From IMG/VR virus record IMGVR_UViG_3300044580_000040, positions 1-41,049 of that record: a DNA stretch of 41,049 nucleotides; one strand, 5' to 3'. The notes under the pieces are model-generated. The model was given only the letters and a program-made list of their open reading frames with translations. It ran no database searches and was not told where the DNA came from. The DNA comes from a virus (Duplodnaviria; Caudoviricetes). A program made the position numbers and the translations under genes. Positions 7,586 to 17,326 of the stretch are shown here, piece after piece (the stretch's first letter is position 1; every line of letters begins with the position of its first letter).

Positions 7586-10563
7586 TATCCGTACACCCTC
7601 TGAGTTGCCGATATGCTCCGTTTCCCGCGTTCGACCACAACGCCATCAGAAACCGACTTGATGTATCCCTCAAACTCCTGATCTCCTATCTGGACAACGA
7701 TTGTAGGGTTGAAAGCTATCTGTGATGCGGCCGCCGCCTTCCCTTTCGGAATGACCGTCTCTCCCTTCTGGAGGATCGCCGGGAATTCATCAGCCGCAAG
7801 ACCCTTGTGGAACCGGGGCGCGTTGTGGAAGAGGTATGCAGGGGCATAACCCATTTTCTTGTGGGTCTCGCCGACAACACCGCCCTCGTGGAACCAATCC
7901 CCTATATCGTCAAAAACGTCACCGATGCCTGAACCGATGTCAGAGACGAAGCCGCCGATGTCATCGGCAAAGAGGCCAGCAAGGAGCGCCCCGCCGCCCA
8001 AGGCCCATCCCCATCCGGGGATAGCTGCGAGAAGACTTCCCGCCCCGCCCAACATCCCTGTGCTCGCCGCCGCTCCTGCCGGGACATATTCGGCCGCCGA
8101 CAGAGCAAGGGGGATGCCTGACAGCAGTTCCCCGCCCGCCATTGCACCGCCACCGAGGAGACCGGACAGGCCATACACGGAACTTCCCATGCTGGCAAGG
8201 TTCATCAGACCGCCCATTCCACCCCCGCCCATCATGGACATTCCGCCGCCGTATCCTCCGCCCATTGCCATGGACGTATTGGACAGGATGGTGTTGAACA
8301 GGAGCCATTGAGCGACCATCTGCCCGAGTTGGTCAGTCATCGACCGGAGCATTGATTTCCAGGCGTTGTCCCACACGTCGGAAAGGTCTTCCATGTCGCC
8401 GGTGATGACGTCATAGAAAGAGTCACCGAAGGCGTCTCCCATGTTGCGGTACAGGTCGACGGTGACGGTGTAGGCCGCCTCTCCCCACGTGAGCTGGGAC
8501 TGATAGAGGTCGTACCATGCGGCTTTGATGCCCATGGTGATGGAATTGGACTTGCGGGCGTAGTCGACGAGGGCTTTTTCCTTCTGTTTTCTTACCCAAA
8601 GGTCCGTCGCCACGGCATCGGCACCGTCCTTCACCCTGCGGGCCGCCTCTGCGTCGATGAGTTCCATTTTCAGACCAAAGGCCTGCTCCTCCATGCCCTT
8701 GATGTCCTGTATGGCATCGTAGTTGAGCGCGGCACGTTTTCTCGCGTATTCGGTGTCCTTGTCGAGCTTGGCGGCTATGGAGTTCGCGTGGATCTTCGCT
8801 TCAAGGTCGTAATACTCCTGATTGGTGATAGCGTCCCGCGCCCACAGTTCGGCGAGCTTTTGGAGCTTTTCTTCTTCCTTGGCAAGGATAGCGTTCGCGG
8901 CCCGTTCGTTCTCGTTCATGCCCCAATCGGCCTCATCGGAGACCATCTTCGCGTACTCGTCGTGGAGGCGGGTCATCTCCTTTTCGGACAGGTAGGAAAT
9001 GCCCTGCTCGAGGCCGGCGCGGACGGCGATGATCTGCTCGGCAACGTCCACCTTGCCCTTCTTCCCCTGGTCCTGGAGTTTCTTTATCAGGGTGTCGGCA
9101 TCATTGGTGAGCTTGAGGATCGCGTTGTCTTCCTTGTCGAGGGCGGGGTTGAGTTCGGCTATTCTGTCCTTCCACGCCTTCGTTTCGTCGGTGACTTGAC
9201 GGAGGGTGTTGGCGTAGGTGTCGGCGCCCGTTTTTTTCTTCCCCATTTTGGCGAGGGCATCGGCCTCACGTTTTGCGGCCTCTGCGGTGCGCTTCTGCTC
9301 GGCAGACAGTTCAAGCATGGACTTCTTTGAGGATGTGCCCGTCGTCCCCATCATCTGGTCCACGACGCTTTGTTTCGCCGCCGCCTCTGCTTTTAGAATC
9401 GGGTCGAGTAGCGCCTGCTCCTTTGCCTTCGCATCGCTGTCAAACATATAGCCGAGGCTCTTGATACCCACCCCGAACTTGTCAAAGAAGCTCCCCGTGT
9501 TAATGGCCATGAATTGAAGCGTGCCAATGACGTCCTTGATGACGGGGGTAAACTCCTTCAAGGTGCTCAACACAGAAAGGAGGGCGGGCATCAGCGCGGT
9601 TCCGAGTGCGGCCTTCGACTCAAACACCGCGTTGTTGAACCGGTTTATCTCTGCCTGGCCCTGCTTTGCCGCTTCGGTGGCCGCCTTGCCGTATGTCTCA
9701 TGGAGTTTTTCAGCGAGTTTCGGGAGAAGATCAGTACCGAGAACCTTTCCGTCTTCGAGCATCTTGTTGAGCTCGGCTTCGCTGGCACCCATCGCCTCGG
9801 CGGCCAGTTTGAAGGCACCGGGAAGGCGCTCGCCCAATTGCCCGCGCAATTCCTCGGCCTGTACCTTTCCTTTTGACATCATCTGACCGAGAGCAAGGAA
9901 AACGCCGTTGACCTCATCTCCGGAGAGCTTGAGGGCCGTAGCCGCCTCGGCAACGTAAGAAAAGATTCTCCTCGTCTGCTCACCCTCGATGGACGTGTTA
10001 CGGGTCGTGGCGTTGAACTTGGCGAAGGCGACGGACGTGTCGGCGAACACGAGGCCCAGGCGCTCGGATTCTTCCCTGACATACTGGATCTCACGGGCGG
10101 CAAGGGTGGCCGAACTGGTGACGGCTCCCATGGTCGTGGTGATCTTTTCCATCTGGAGGGAAGCATCTATTGCCCTTTTCCCCGCTGCAAAGGCGGCATA
10201 GGCAGTAACCATTGCGGCGGTCACTTCCATCCAGTTCTGACGTATCCGGTCCGTCATCGAGACGTGGGCGCCGTACTGCTGGTCATTGATGCGCCTAAGT
10301 TGCGCTATCTTGGCTTCCTCGGCCCTGACAATATCGTTTGCGGTGGCCCTGTGGTCCCGCTTTATTGCTTCGTAGGCGTTCGTGACCTTGGCCCGCATAA
10401 GGTCAAATTCGGCGCTCGTCTTTATGCCGAGCTTTTTGAAATTATCCTCTATGGACAAGGACGTGGTGGTAGCGTCCTTGTAGAGTCTCTGCTGTGCCCT
10501 CGTGTAGCGGTCAGTATCGAGGTCAAGCTCAACGAAAATTTTGCCTATGCTCTCGTTAGCCAC
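7585..10563 (-). CDS. Tail tape measure protein
   Basis: 992 aa, helical; ALGQMMSKGKVQAEELRGQLGERLPG tape-measure motif; C-terminal FHEGGVVG...EFPAILQKGETVIP. Confidence 0.95.
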   Translation of the reverse strand: MANESIGKIFVELDLDTDRYTRAQQRLYKDATTTSLSIEDNFKKLGIKTSAEFDLMRAKVTNAYEAIKRDHRATANDIVRAEEAKIAQLRRINDQQYGAHVSMTDRIRQNWMEVTAAMVTAYAAFAAGKRAIDASLQMEKITTTMGAVTSSATLAAREIQYVREESERLGLVFADTSVAFAKFNATTRNTSIEGEQTRRIFSYVAEAATALKLSGDEVNGVFLALGQMMSKGKVQAEELRGQLGERLPGAFKLAAEAMGASEAELNKMLEDGKVLGTDLLPKLAEKLHETYGKAATEAAKQGQAEINRFNNAVFESKAALGTALMPALLSVLSTLKEFTPVIKDVIGTLQFMAINTGSFFDKFGVGIKSLGYMFDSDAKAKEQALLDPILKAEAAAKQSVVDQMMGTTGTSSKKSMLELSAEQKRTAEAAKREADALAKMGKKKTGADTYANTLRQVTDETKAWKDRIAELNPALDKEDNAILKLTNDADTLIKKLQDQGKKGKVDVAEQIIAVRAGLEQGISYLSEKEMTRLHDEYAKMVSDEADWGMNENERAANAILAKEEEKLQKLAELWARDAITNQEYYDLEAKIHANSIAAKLDKDTEYARKRAALNYDAIQDIKGMEEQAFGLKMELIDAEAARRVKDGADAVATDLWVRKQKEKALVDYARKSNSITMGIKAAWYDLYQSQLTWGEAAYTVTVDLYRNMGDAFGDSFYDVITGDMEDLSDVWDNAWKSMLRSMTDQLGQMVAQWLLFNTILSNTSMAMGGGYGGGMSMMGGGGMGGLMNLASMGSSVYGLSGLLGGGAMAGGELLSGIPLALSAAEYVPAGAAASTGMLGGAGSLLAAIPGWGWALGGGALLAGLFADDIGGFVSDIGSGIGDVFDDIGDWFHEGGVVGETHKKMGYAPAYLFHNAPRFHKGLAADEFPAILQKGETVIPKGKAAAASQIAFNPTIVVQIGDQEFEGYIKSVSDGVVVERGKRSISATQRVYG

Positions 10564-10938
10564 CTATCCTCCCATGAGAATGGCTTTGGCCATGGCCTTG
10601 GCAGCTTTCAACGCAGGCCTCAAAAATGGCCGAGCTTTCATCTTCGCCGTCCCGTACTCCACGAACCGCGCATAGTAGGTCTTTCGGGACCCGGCATACA
10701 CCCGGATGTTCTTTTTCGGGTCGCCCTTAAGACGGACAACACGAATGGACGCCCTGAGTGCCCCGGCCTCCCGCTCGCTCCAATCCTTGCCGTTCTTGTA
10801 CCGTGCCCGGCTTTTGCCGACCGGGACGAGTGAACGGGCCTTATCAGCGACCGCATCACCAAGGGTTTCAAGCCTGTCCATGGCGTTGCCATAGATGGCT
10901 TTGTTCGTCTTCTCGGGGTTCCAACGTGCTACCCTCAT
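10564..10938 (-). CDS. HK97 gp10-family tail component
   Basis: YARFVEYGTAKMKARPFLRPAL motif. Confidence 0.9.
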   Translation of the reverse strand: MRVARWNPEKTNKAIYGNAMDRLETLGDAVADKARSLVPVGKSRARYKNGKDWSEREAGALRASIRVVRLKGDPKKNIRVYAGSRKTYYARFVEYGTAKMKARPFLRPALKAAKAMAKAILMGG

Positions 10939-11303
10939 TGCCCGCTCCTCTCAGCCAAAAAGTGATGAAACACCCGCCACACCTTTACGAGGCATTCCCG
11001 CTGGTCCCTCACCCCGAAGGCGTCCATACAGTCCTTAACCGCCGGGATGCTGATATCAACAACAACATCACCTTCCATTCCCCGGCTTCGCGTTATCTTC
11101 TGACCACGACACATTATGTAGACCTCGGCGGCGTTTCGGTTCTCGGGCATAAGGTCGACCCGGCAAGTGTCACACGGAGGAGTCCCGGCAACCCCGCGCT
11201 CGTTTCGCTCTGTCCACATCTGCCGGCATTGATCGCAACGAGTGAGTACAATTCCGTTCTCCAGTTCAATCCTGGATGAAGCCTCATTGTCAGAGAACTC
11301 CAC
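10935..11303 (-). CDS. Tail assembly chaperone, frameshift extension (gpT-like)
   Basis: No SD of its own; reached by a -1 shift at the end of the upstream chaperone. Confidence 0.7.
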   Translation of the reverse strand: MEFSDNEASSRIELENGIVLTRCDQCRQMWTERNERGVAGTPPCDTCRVDLMPENRNAAEVYIMCRGQKITRSRGMEGDVVVDISIPAVKDCMDAFGVRDQRECLVKVWRVFHHFLAERSGQ

Positions 11304-11308
11304 CCAGG

Positions 11309-11710
11309 CTATGAGTTTTTTACTTCTTCCTCGGCCTTCGCCTTTTCCGCTTCCCCGAGCACCTTCAATTTCTCGCTCACAAAGTCCCGAAAGGTCGGGT
11401 CTTTCAGGCGCATCAAGACCGTTTTCATTTCAGATGTACAGGGGATGGGCTTTTTGTCAGCGTCAAAGAAGTCTTCCCACGCTAGGATCGTGCAATCGTT
11501 GAAAAGCCTCGACCGCTTGTCCACGTCGACAATCTCATGGTTCAAAACACGGGGGGGCTTGGCCTCCTCCTGAAGAAGAAACGGCTTGTTCTCTGTCGTT
11601 TCCTTCTCGATCCTGAGAATATCCGAGGTGGTGGGGGCCTTGAGTTGTACCCGGCCCCCTCCCGGAAAGTCGAACCATACGCCGATGTTTTCGGTAAGAT
11701 CAAATATCAT
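11309..11710 (-). CDS. Tail assembly chaperone (gpG-like)
   Basis: Lies between the tail tube and tape measure genes; ends GTA AAA AAC TCA TAG. Confidence 0.8.
   Translation of the reverse strand: MIFDLTENIGVWFDFPGGGRVQLKAPTTSDILRIEKETTENKPFLLQEEAKPPRVLNHEIVDVDKRSRLFNDCTILAWEDFFDADKKPIPCTSEMKTVLMRLKDPTFRDFVSEKLKVLGEAEKAKAEEEVKNS
11315..11321 (-). other. -1 programmed frameshift slippery heptamer A AAA AAC
   Basis: X XXY YYZ phased correctly; the -1 frame reads on as LIAWVEFSDNE into 10935..11303. Confidence 0.8.
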
Positions 11711-11719
11711 TGAGCCCCC

Positions 11720-12160
11720 TTACACGAGGTACATGAAGGCGCCGGACACCTGGCCTTCAAAACTGGTCTTCGCTATGCCGTTGCGGTCTGTTTTCACTTC
11801 CCCGGCCTTTGTCATGAGAATGGTGCCGCTCGTACCGATCTGAAGGTATGACGTGGAGTTGATCCAGAACCGGATGCCGCTTGTGGCGCTGAATATCAAC
11901 TTCGTCGCGTTCTTCACACAGTTCGCAAGCGTCAACTGCTGCGGGTCGGTCGGATCATAGGAAACGTCCGTCAGGCTGATTGTGCCGCCGTTGGCACTGG
12001 CGAAATCGTACACGTCGATATCAACGCCGAATTCCCCACACTCAACTATCTTGCGGGTTGCGCCGGTGATCGTATAGTTGCCCGCACCCAAGATCTTTGA
12101 TGTTGCGCCCAGAGTTACTTTCTGGAATGCTCCTGAGAGTGTAACCGCTCTGTCACCCAT
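11720..12160 (-). CDS. Major tail tube protein
   Basis: 146 aa, beta-rich, strong AAGGAGG SD, immediately upstream of the chaperone pair. Confidence 0.7.
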   Translation of the reverse strand: MGDRAVTLSGAFQKVTLGATSKILGAGNYTITGATRKIVECGEFGVDIDVYDFASANGGTISLTDVSYDPTDPQQLTLANCVKNATKLIFSATSGIRFWINSTSYLQIGTSGTILMTKAGEVKTDRNGIAKTSFEGQVSGAFMYLV

Positions 12161-12178
12161 TGTAATTTCCTCCTTTTA

Positions 12179-12844
12179 TCATTCCTGCATTACGCCTAAT
12201 GCGGCGTCCTTTCGTGCCTTTTCGGCCTTCATGGCCTTGTAAAGGTCGTGTGTTGCCTGATTGACAATCATGGTGGTGAGATGCCCTGCCTCGACGGAGG
12301 TATCTACAAAGATGCGATACCCCTCCGCCTTCAAATCCTGACAAAAACCGATATCCTCACCGATGACCATCCCGTTATCGGGGTTCTTCTGGAAACGGAA
12401 CCAGGGGTAAGGGAGTTTTCTGAAAACCTCCATGTCGTAGAGAATACATCCGGTTCCGGTCGCATCGCATTCGACAAGGGAGCCGTCCTCGTAATCGGTT
12501 ACGGGTTGATATCCCTCGTCGGTGATCTTCATGATGATCGGGTCGAACGGAGGATAGCGCCTACATACCTTGGCCCCGACGACGGGGAGTTTGTGGGCCA
12601 GCAGTTTCGTGATGGTCTTCGAGTCGTACACCTGGTCCACGTCCATCATGAGCAGGTGGGTCGCGTCGATTTTAAGCGCGGTCTCCACGATGTCGTTTCT
12701 CAGGGTATCTATGGGGCCGTTGTCCGAAGTGATGAACGAGAAGTCGGGTTTCTCCATGAGCACGAACGAGTTGAAGAAGCTCACGGGGATAAAGGGGAAC
12801 GAGCAGGGGACACCGATAGCAAGCCTCTGATTGCTGATCCTCAC
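12179..12844 (-). CDS. Glycosyltransferase, GT-A/GT2-like
   Basis: LRNDIV, THLLMMDVDQ (DxD), ATGTGCIL and GEDIGFC motifs. Confidence 0.85.
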   Translation of the reverse strand: MRISNQRLAIGVPCSFPFIPVSFFNSFVLMEKPDFSFITSDNGPIDTLRNDIVETALKIDATHLLMMDVDQVYDSKTITKLLAHKLPVVGAKVCRRYPPFDPIIMKITDEGYQPVTDYEDGSLVECDATGTGCILYDMEVFRKLPYPWFRFQKNPDNGMVIGEDIGFCQDLKAEGYRIFVDTSVEAGHLTTMIVNQATHDLYKAMKAEKARKDAALGVMQE

Positions 12845-14082
12845 GCCTTCACCCCCTCAAAACCCACCTGCCAATCAACGGGGTCCACAAAATAGGGATG
12901 ATCGACGGGAAGCCTTCTCACGTCCTTGAAGCCCGCCTCCTCCATGACCTGTTTCAGCAAATCCCCGCTGTAGCAGTACCGATGATGTGACTCCTGACAG
13001 TATGAATAGATATACAGGTCATTCATCTCCTTGAGGGCGTCGACCGTGGGGTTGTCCAGATACTTCTTTGCCAGCACGTCAAAGTCGGGCACGGTGACAG
13101 CTATCTTCCCACACGGTTTCAAAAGACAGTTCCAATATTTCAGGGCCTTTTTACCTTCGGCAAGGGTCAGATGCTCAAGCATATGGCCACAATAGATCTC
13201 GTCCACCGTCCCCACCCTGTAGGGGAGCGCCAGGGCGTCACAGGTAAGGTCTGCCGGGACATTCTCAGACACGTCGACATTGATAAAGCCGGACAGCCGA
13301 AAGGGGCCGCATCCGAGGTTCAGTTTTATGGGGCCGTCGGGGTAAAGATCAGCCTCGATCGCCTGCCTCATCCAGAAATCCTTGCCCCACTTTTCTGCAA
13401 GGTGAGCGTCGTTCCGTTTGCAGATGGCCTCGTAGTCGGCGTCCATGGCCTTGAACGTCTGCGAGCCTTCGTGATGGACGTAACACCCGGCGACGATGCC
13501 TACCCGATGTCCGGCCTCCCTTGCGCTGAGACAGAAGTCTATTTCCTCACCGGAACAGGGCCACAGGGATTCATCAAAGTCGCCTAACTCGTCGAACAAT
13601 GCCCGCTTGAATGCCATGCAAAAGCCGATAACAAAATTCACTTCCTGGACCTCATCCCCTACGTTCTGCGCCCATTCATGGGCCGCATCATTGAGTTCGT
13701 CCTTGTTCGTATAATTCGCAGTATGTGCTTTCTGTATCCCGGCGACGTAGTTTGTCATGGGACCGACGATGGAGAACTCGTCAAGGGCCGCCGTGAGCTT
13801 TTCGGACCATCCCGGGGTCACTATGACGTCGTTGTTCAACAGGCAGACGATCTCGCCTTGCGCCGCCCTGATGCCCTGATTAACCGCAACCGGGAAACCC
13901 TCGTTCTTCTCATTGCGGATAATCGTCAGACCGATAAATCCCGTAAAAGGGGCGCGGAAGGCGGGATCGGAACCGTTGTCGACGATGATAATCTCGCAAT
14001 CCTGCGTCGTCTCACGAATCGCGGTGATACACTCGTGAGTCATGTCATGCTGGTTGAAAACGGGTATTACTATTGAGAGCAT
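12841..14082 (-). CDS. GT2 glycosyltransferase fused to class I SAM methyltransferase
   Basis: SIVIPVFN, IIVDNGS, LLNNDV, EEIDFC, HHEGS motifs, then KLNLGCG...HMLEHL. Confidence 0.9.
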   Translation of the reverse strand: MLSIVIPVFNQHDMTHECITAIRETTQDCEIIIVDNGSDPAFRAPFTGFIGLTIIRNEKNEGFPVAVNQGIRAAQGEIVCLLNNDVIVTPGWSEKLTAALDEFSIVGPMTNYVAGIQKAHTANYTNKDELNDAAHEWAQNVGDEVQEVNFVIGFCMAFKRALFDELGDFDESLWPCSGEEIDFCLSAREAGHRVGIVAGCYVHHEGSQTFKAMDADYEAICKRNDAHLAEKWGKDFWMRQAIEADLYPDGPIKLNLGCGPFRLSGFINVDVSENVPADLTCDALALPYRVGTVDEIYCGHMLEHLTLAEGKKALKYWNCLLKPCGKIAVTVPDFDVLAKKYLDNPTVDALKEMNDLYIYSYCQESHHRYCYSGDLLKQVMEEAGFKDVRRLPVDHPYFVDPVDWQVGFEGVKA

Positions 14083-14092
14083 AAATCTCCTT

Positions 14093-14521
14093 TCAATTAA
14101 GTGAAGTTCTTATCTCGTAATCAACGGCCCAATGCGTGACTTCTACCGTTCTACCGTCTGGTGTGGTTATTACGTCATCATCGCCACCAGACACATCAAG
14201 AACGTTCTGTTCCCGGCACCAAACAAGTGTACTTCCGGTGATGGATAGAGAACATTCATCAAATAAGGTGGAAAGGTCGTTATACATAGTGGTAACTTCC
14301 GCCACACCTGCCGACACACTGAACAAAGAAAACTGGATGAGGCTGTCGCGGTACTCTTCGGTAAAGGTTTTCTCCTTTGGAGCCGATACGACAGAATAGA
14401 CGCAATACGGGAACTCCGGGTTTGATGGTACTTTCCCTTTGTAATAGATCCTCCCGCCCACGTCCGTCGAGAACGCGGAGCCGGAGAACTTCGTCATCAG
14501 AGCGGTGAGGAGGTTTTTCAC
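14093..14521 (-). CDS. Tail terminator/completion protein (DUF3168-like)
   Basis: GGRIY...FPYCVY...IQFSLFS motif; position. Confidence 0.75.
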   Translation of the reverse strand: MKNLLTALMTKFSGSAFSTDVGGRIYYKGKVPSNPEFPYCVYSVVSAPKEKTFTEEYRDSLIQFSLFSVSAGVAEVTTMYNDLSTLFDECSLSITGSTLVWCREQNVLDVSGGDDDVITTPDGRTVEVTHWAVDYEIRTSLN

Positions 14522-14835
14522 GCCGCCTCCTTACACATGATGTCGAGCCACCGCCCGGCCTCGTTCGGGTTGATAATGCTCACGATGTTGAAGTACCGGT
14601 TGCCGAGTTTCAGACGCCAGCTTGACCGTATTCCGTCCCTGTAGCGAATCCGTATCCGGTGACTGATCGTCATGGTCTCGGCCATGGCCTGAGCAGTTTC
14701 CTTTGCCGACACGGGCCACACGGCGGCATAACAGGAGAAGGCCTCGGCCCACGTCACCGTGAAACCGCCCATGCCGTCAGCCACGTTCGTAGGATACTCA
14801 AGGGAGATGCGCTTGTTCAGGTCTCCGATACGCAC
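14518..14835 (-). CDS. Head closure / head-tail adaptor (SPP1 gp16-like)
   Basis: GTG start overlapping the upstream TAG; RIGDLNKRI...DGMGG...HRIRIRYR motif. Confidence 0.85.
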   Translation of the reverse strand: MRIGDLNKRISLEYPTNVADGMGGFTVTWAEAFSCYAAVWPVSAKETAQAMAETMTISHRIRIRYRDGIRSSWRLKLGNRYFNIVSIINPNEAGRWLDIMCKEAA

Positions 14836-15797
14836 TATTCGAACTCCTCCCACAATCTCGATGACGCCAGCAAAGCCATGACGGTCGGGTTCGGTTGATA
14901 TGTCTGCACGCTCTGGTTGATCATCTGCCCTTCCCGGTTTTCGAAGAGGTCCGCGCAGATCATTTTCAGGGCCGCAATGACCGCCTTGGGGATAGATGCG
15001 GCTGCCGTCCATCCACAAACAAACTCGATGGTGATGGGATTACTCGGATAAAGGCTTACGGACGGCCAGGATATTCCGTATGGAAGGACGAGACGCCCAC
15101 ACCCTTCACCGTTGGTCTCGACGATATAATCGGTGTTCTCAACGAGGGTCGTTTCTGTGCCGTCCGTGTCCTTGTATTTCACACTGGTAACGCTGGCAAG
15201 ATTGCCGAAAGGCAGCCGGATAAAGTCCTTGTCCGGGAACTTATCGAGATAGTAGTACCAGGTCTGCGTAAGAAGCGCCCGGCGGGTGATGTCCTCGACG
15301 TGCTCCCTTGCCGCGGTGATGATCGCCGTCAACAGGTCATCCTCTGCCGTGGTTGCCGCATCGACGATCACATCCGCCCCGAATTCACAGGCCGCGACGA
15401 GGACCTTGGCTACTACCCGGATGTATGCTTTCGTCCCGGTGTACTGCTTCTCCTGAATCGCGTTGTCGTTGGCCGCGTTGACGAGGGTAAAACCGCCGCC
15501 CGTCCAATCGGTCCATGTGGCGTTGTCGTCGGACTCCTGAATCTTCGCCTCGATGGTTCCGCCGTCCCCTACCGTCCCTGCATTGAGGTTGACAAGGGCT
15601 TGTTTGCCGATGACTGAGACGCCGGTTCCGACATGGGTGTAAGCCCCGCCTGCGCTGATACCGTGAGACCCGGGAAGGATGGACTGATACGCGGTGATAT
15701 CCCCGGCGAGAGTTTCCGAATCGACGCGCAAGTGCATCTTCAATTCACTTAACGTGATCGGTTCAAGCGTTGGGGGGGTTTTGAGAAGGACTTTCAT
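14835..15797 (-). CDS. Head-tail connector (gp6/phiE125 gp8-like) with an inserted domain
   Basis: EPITLSELKMHLRVD ... EDDLL...AAREHVEDITRRALLTQTW; ADLFENRE. Confidence 0.85.
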   Translation of the reverse strand: MKVLLKTPPTLEPITLSELKMHLRVDSETLAGDITAYQSILPGSHGISAGGAYTHVGTGVSVIGKQALVNLNAGTVGDGGTIEAKIQESDDNATWTDWTGGGFTLVNAANDNAIQEKQYTGTKAYIRVVAKVLVAACEFGADVIVDAATTAEDDLLTAIITAAREHVEDITRRALLTQTWYYYLDKFPDKDFIRLPFGNLASVTSVKYKDTDGTETTLVENTDYIVETNGEGCGRLVLPYGISWPSVSLYPSNPITIEFVCGWTAAASIPKAVIAALKMICADLFENREGQMINQSVQTYQPNPTVMALLASSRLWEEFE

Positions 15798-15800
15798 CTG

Positions 15801-16301
15801 TCACCTTGAAAACGTCAATTTGATCCCTACCGTGGCCGAATTGACAGCTACAGCCGCTTGGGTGACGACGAGAGTTAGCCCCCCTCGGATGAACTTGTAT
15901 GCCCGTTGGCCTGTCGTCGCGTCAACAATAGCGGCGAAATTGGTTGTGGCTGTCGCGCTCAAAGTAGCCCCAACGCCGCCTAGCAAGTCCATGGCATTCG
16001 TCGTGTTCGATGTGTAATCGTCGGTGTAATAAAGTTTTACCGTCAGGGCATTAGGTGCGGTTACGTTACCAGGGTCAACCTCAACCTCGACAAGGAACTT
16101 GCCCGAAAGATCAAGGGCGTCTGCATCGATTGCAAGGGCTGGCCACGTGCCGTTAGCGGCGTCTGCGACCCCGACTATGGTCAAAATTTTAGAAATAGGC
16201 GGCACATATGTTGTCGAGGATAGCGTAAGGGTCCCGGCTGAGAACGCCATGGCAGGCATTAACAGCACGAGAAGTATCGCAAGGATGGACAGTCTTTTCA
16301 T
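15801..16301 (-). CDS. Signal-peptide-bearing beta-rich protein in the head module (putative decoration protein)
   Basis: MKRLSILAILLVLLMPAMAFSA signal peptide; Thr/Ala-rich beta strands. Confidence 0.65.
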   Translation of the reverse strand: MKRLSILAILLVLLMPAMAFSAGTLTLSSTTYVPPISKILTIVGVADAANGTWPALAIDADALDLSGKFLVEVEVDPGNVTAPNALTVKLYYTDDYTSNTTNAMDLLGGVGATLSATATTNFAAIVDATTGQRAYKFIRGGLTLVVTQAAVAVNSATVGIKLTFSR

Positions 16302-17326
16302 ATTGATGCCTCCAATGTTTTTTCTCTATCGATCAGGCCCAAGACGATAATCACGAGCAAAGCCGTCGGCGCCGTGTGCATGACGTGATTTCCGAAAGAA
16401 TCAACGACGACAGCGAGAAGGGCCGCTTGCAGTCGGCGGTCGTTGCATTGAGTAAATGACCGGAATATATAAGCGGCCACGATGGTCAGGCCGATGATGC
16501 CGAGGTTAAAGAGCAGAGAGACGGGCTCGCTGTGAAGCTCGTTCCCGTACTGCCAGTAAACGCCGGGTCCAACACCGAAGATGAGTGTGTGCCAGGAATT
16601 TGATATCTTGCTCAACGCATCGATCCAATATTCGAGACGCATACCCAGCGAAAGAGAATGAACGGGGATCTTGAACAAAAGATAATAGAGAATTGCCGGG
16701 ATGATGGATAGACCAGCTCCTTTCCATCCCCAAAAGCAGAAGGCGCAAGATATAAAGGCGGCCGCTATCGCCGTGCTTGTCCTTGCCACATAAAGGGAAA
16801 GGGCGAGAACAGGGAGAAAGACCCACCATCTTTTTCTGATGAAAAACACTGTTGATATCGCAATGAACGCCGCAAAGAAGTTCTGATTACCCAGTGTGGC
16901 GACAGGTGAGCCCTTGCCGATGAATACCTGCACGAGGCCCATGACGATAAGGACGAGGACGAGAATACATATCCAGTTGAAATAGGTGCTGATGGTCCCT
17001 TTGCTGTGTCTGGCGCAAATATATACACCGACCCCGGCAAGGGTCAGCATGATGGAGTCAACAGCCTGGGCGGTGATTTCGACCGGGACTATTCCGCGCG
17101 ATCCTGCCGACAGAAGGAAGGCAAACCAGCACGAAAGGTACAGGACAAACGCCGTTAAGATGGTGTTACGCATCATAAGGGCCATGGCTGCCATGCCGCT
17201 GATGAGGAACGCATAGGCGTGCCCGTAGTGGACATCCGCGCCCCACACCAGCAACGTTGTCATAAACAGGCAGGGAATGAGGAGAAGGGGGCTTGCGCCC
17301 CCTTTGTTGAGCTTAATGTGTTGCAT
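16298..17326 (-). CDS. O-antigen ligase / O-oligosaccharyltransferase-like polytopic membrane protein (Wzy_C, WaaL/PglL clan)
   Basis: About 10 TM segments; TLGNQNFFAAF, RLEYW...IFGVGPG and ELHSEP...GIIG motifs. Confidence 0.8.
   Translation of the reverse strand: MQHIKLNKGGASPLLLIPCLFMTTLLVWGADVHYGHAYAFLISGMAAMALMMRNTILTAFVLYLSCWFAFLLSAGSRGIVPVEITAQAVDSIMLTLAGVGVYICARHSKGTISTYFNWICILVLVLIVMGLVQVFIGKGSPVATLGNQNFFAAFIAISTVFFIRKRWWVFLPVLALSLYVARTSTAIAAAFISCAFCFWGWKGAGLSIIPAILYYLLFKIPVHSLSLGMRLEYWIDALSKISNSWHTLIFGVGPGVYWQYGNELHSEPVSLLFNLGIIGLTIVAAYIFRSFTQCNDRRLQAALLAVVVDSFGNHVMHTAPTALLVIIVLGLIDREKTLEASI

Noticed and set aside
7859-8311. Gly/Met-rich low-complexity stretch and Pro-rich antisense ORF
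   Set aside because: Explained by the ordinary Gly-rich C-terminal part of the tape measure protein.
16298-17326. Classical gtrABC serotype-conversion cassette
   Set aside because: No GtrA flippase or membrane-anchored GtrB, not next to attP, and the gene overlaps head-module genes. A conversion role is not fully excluded.
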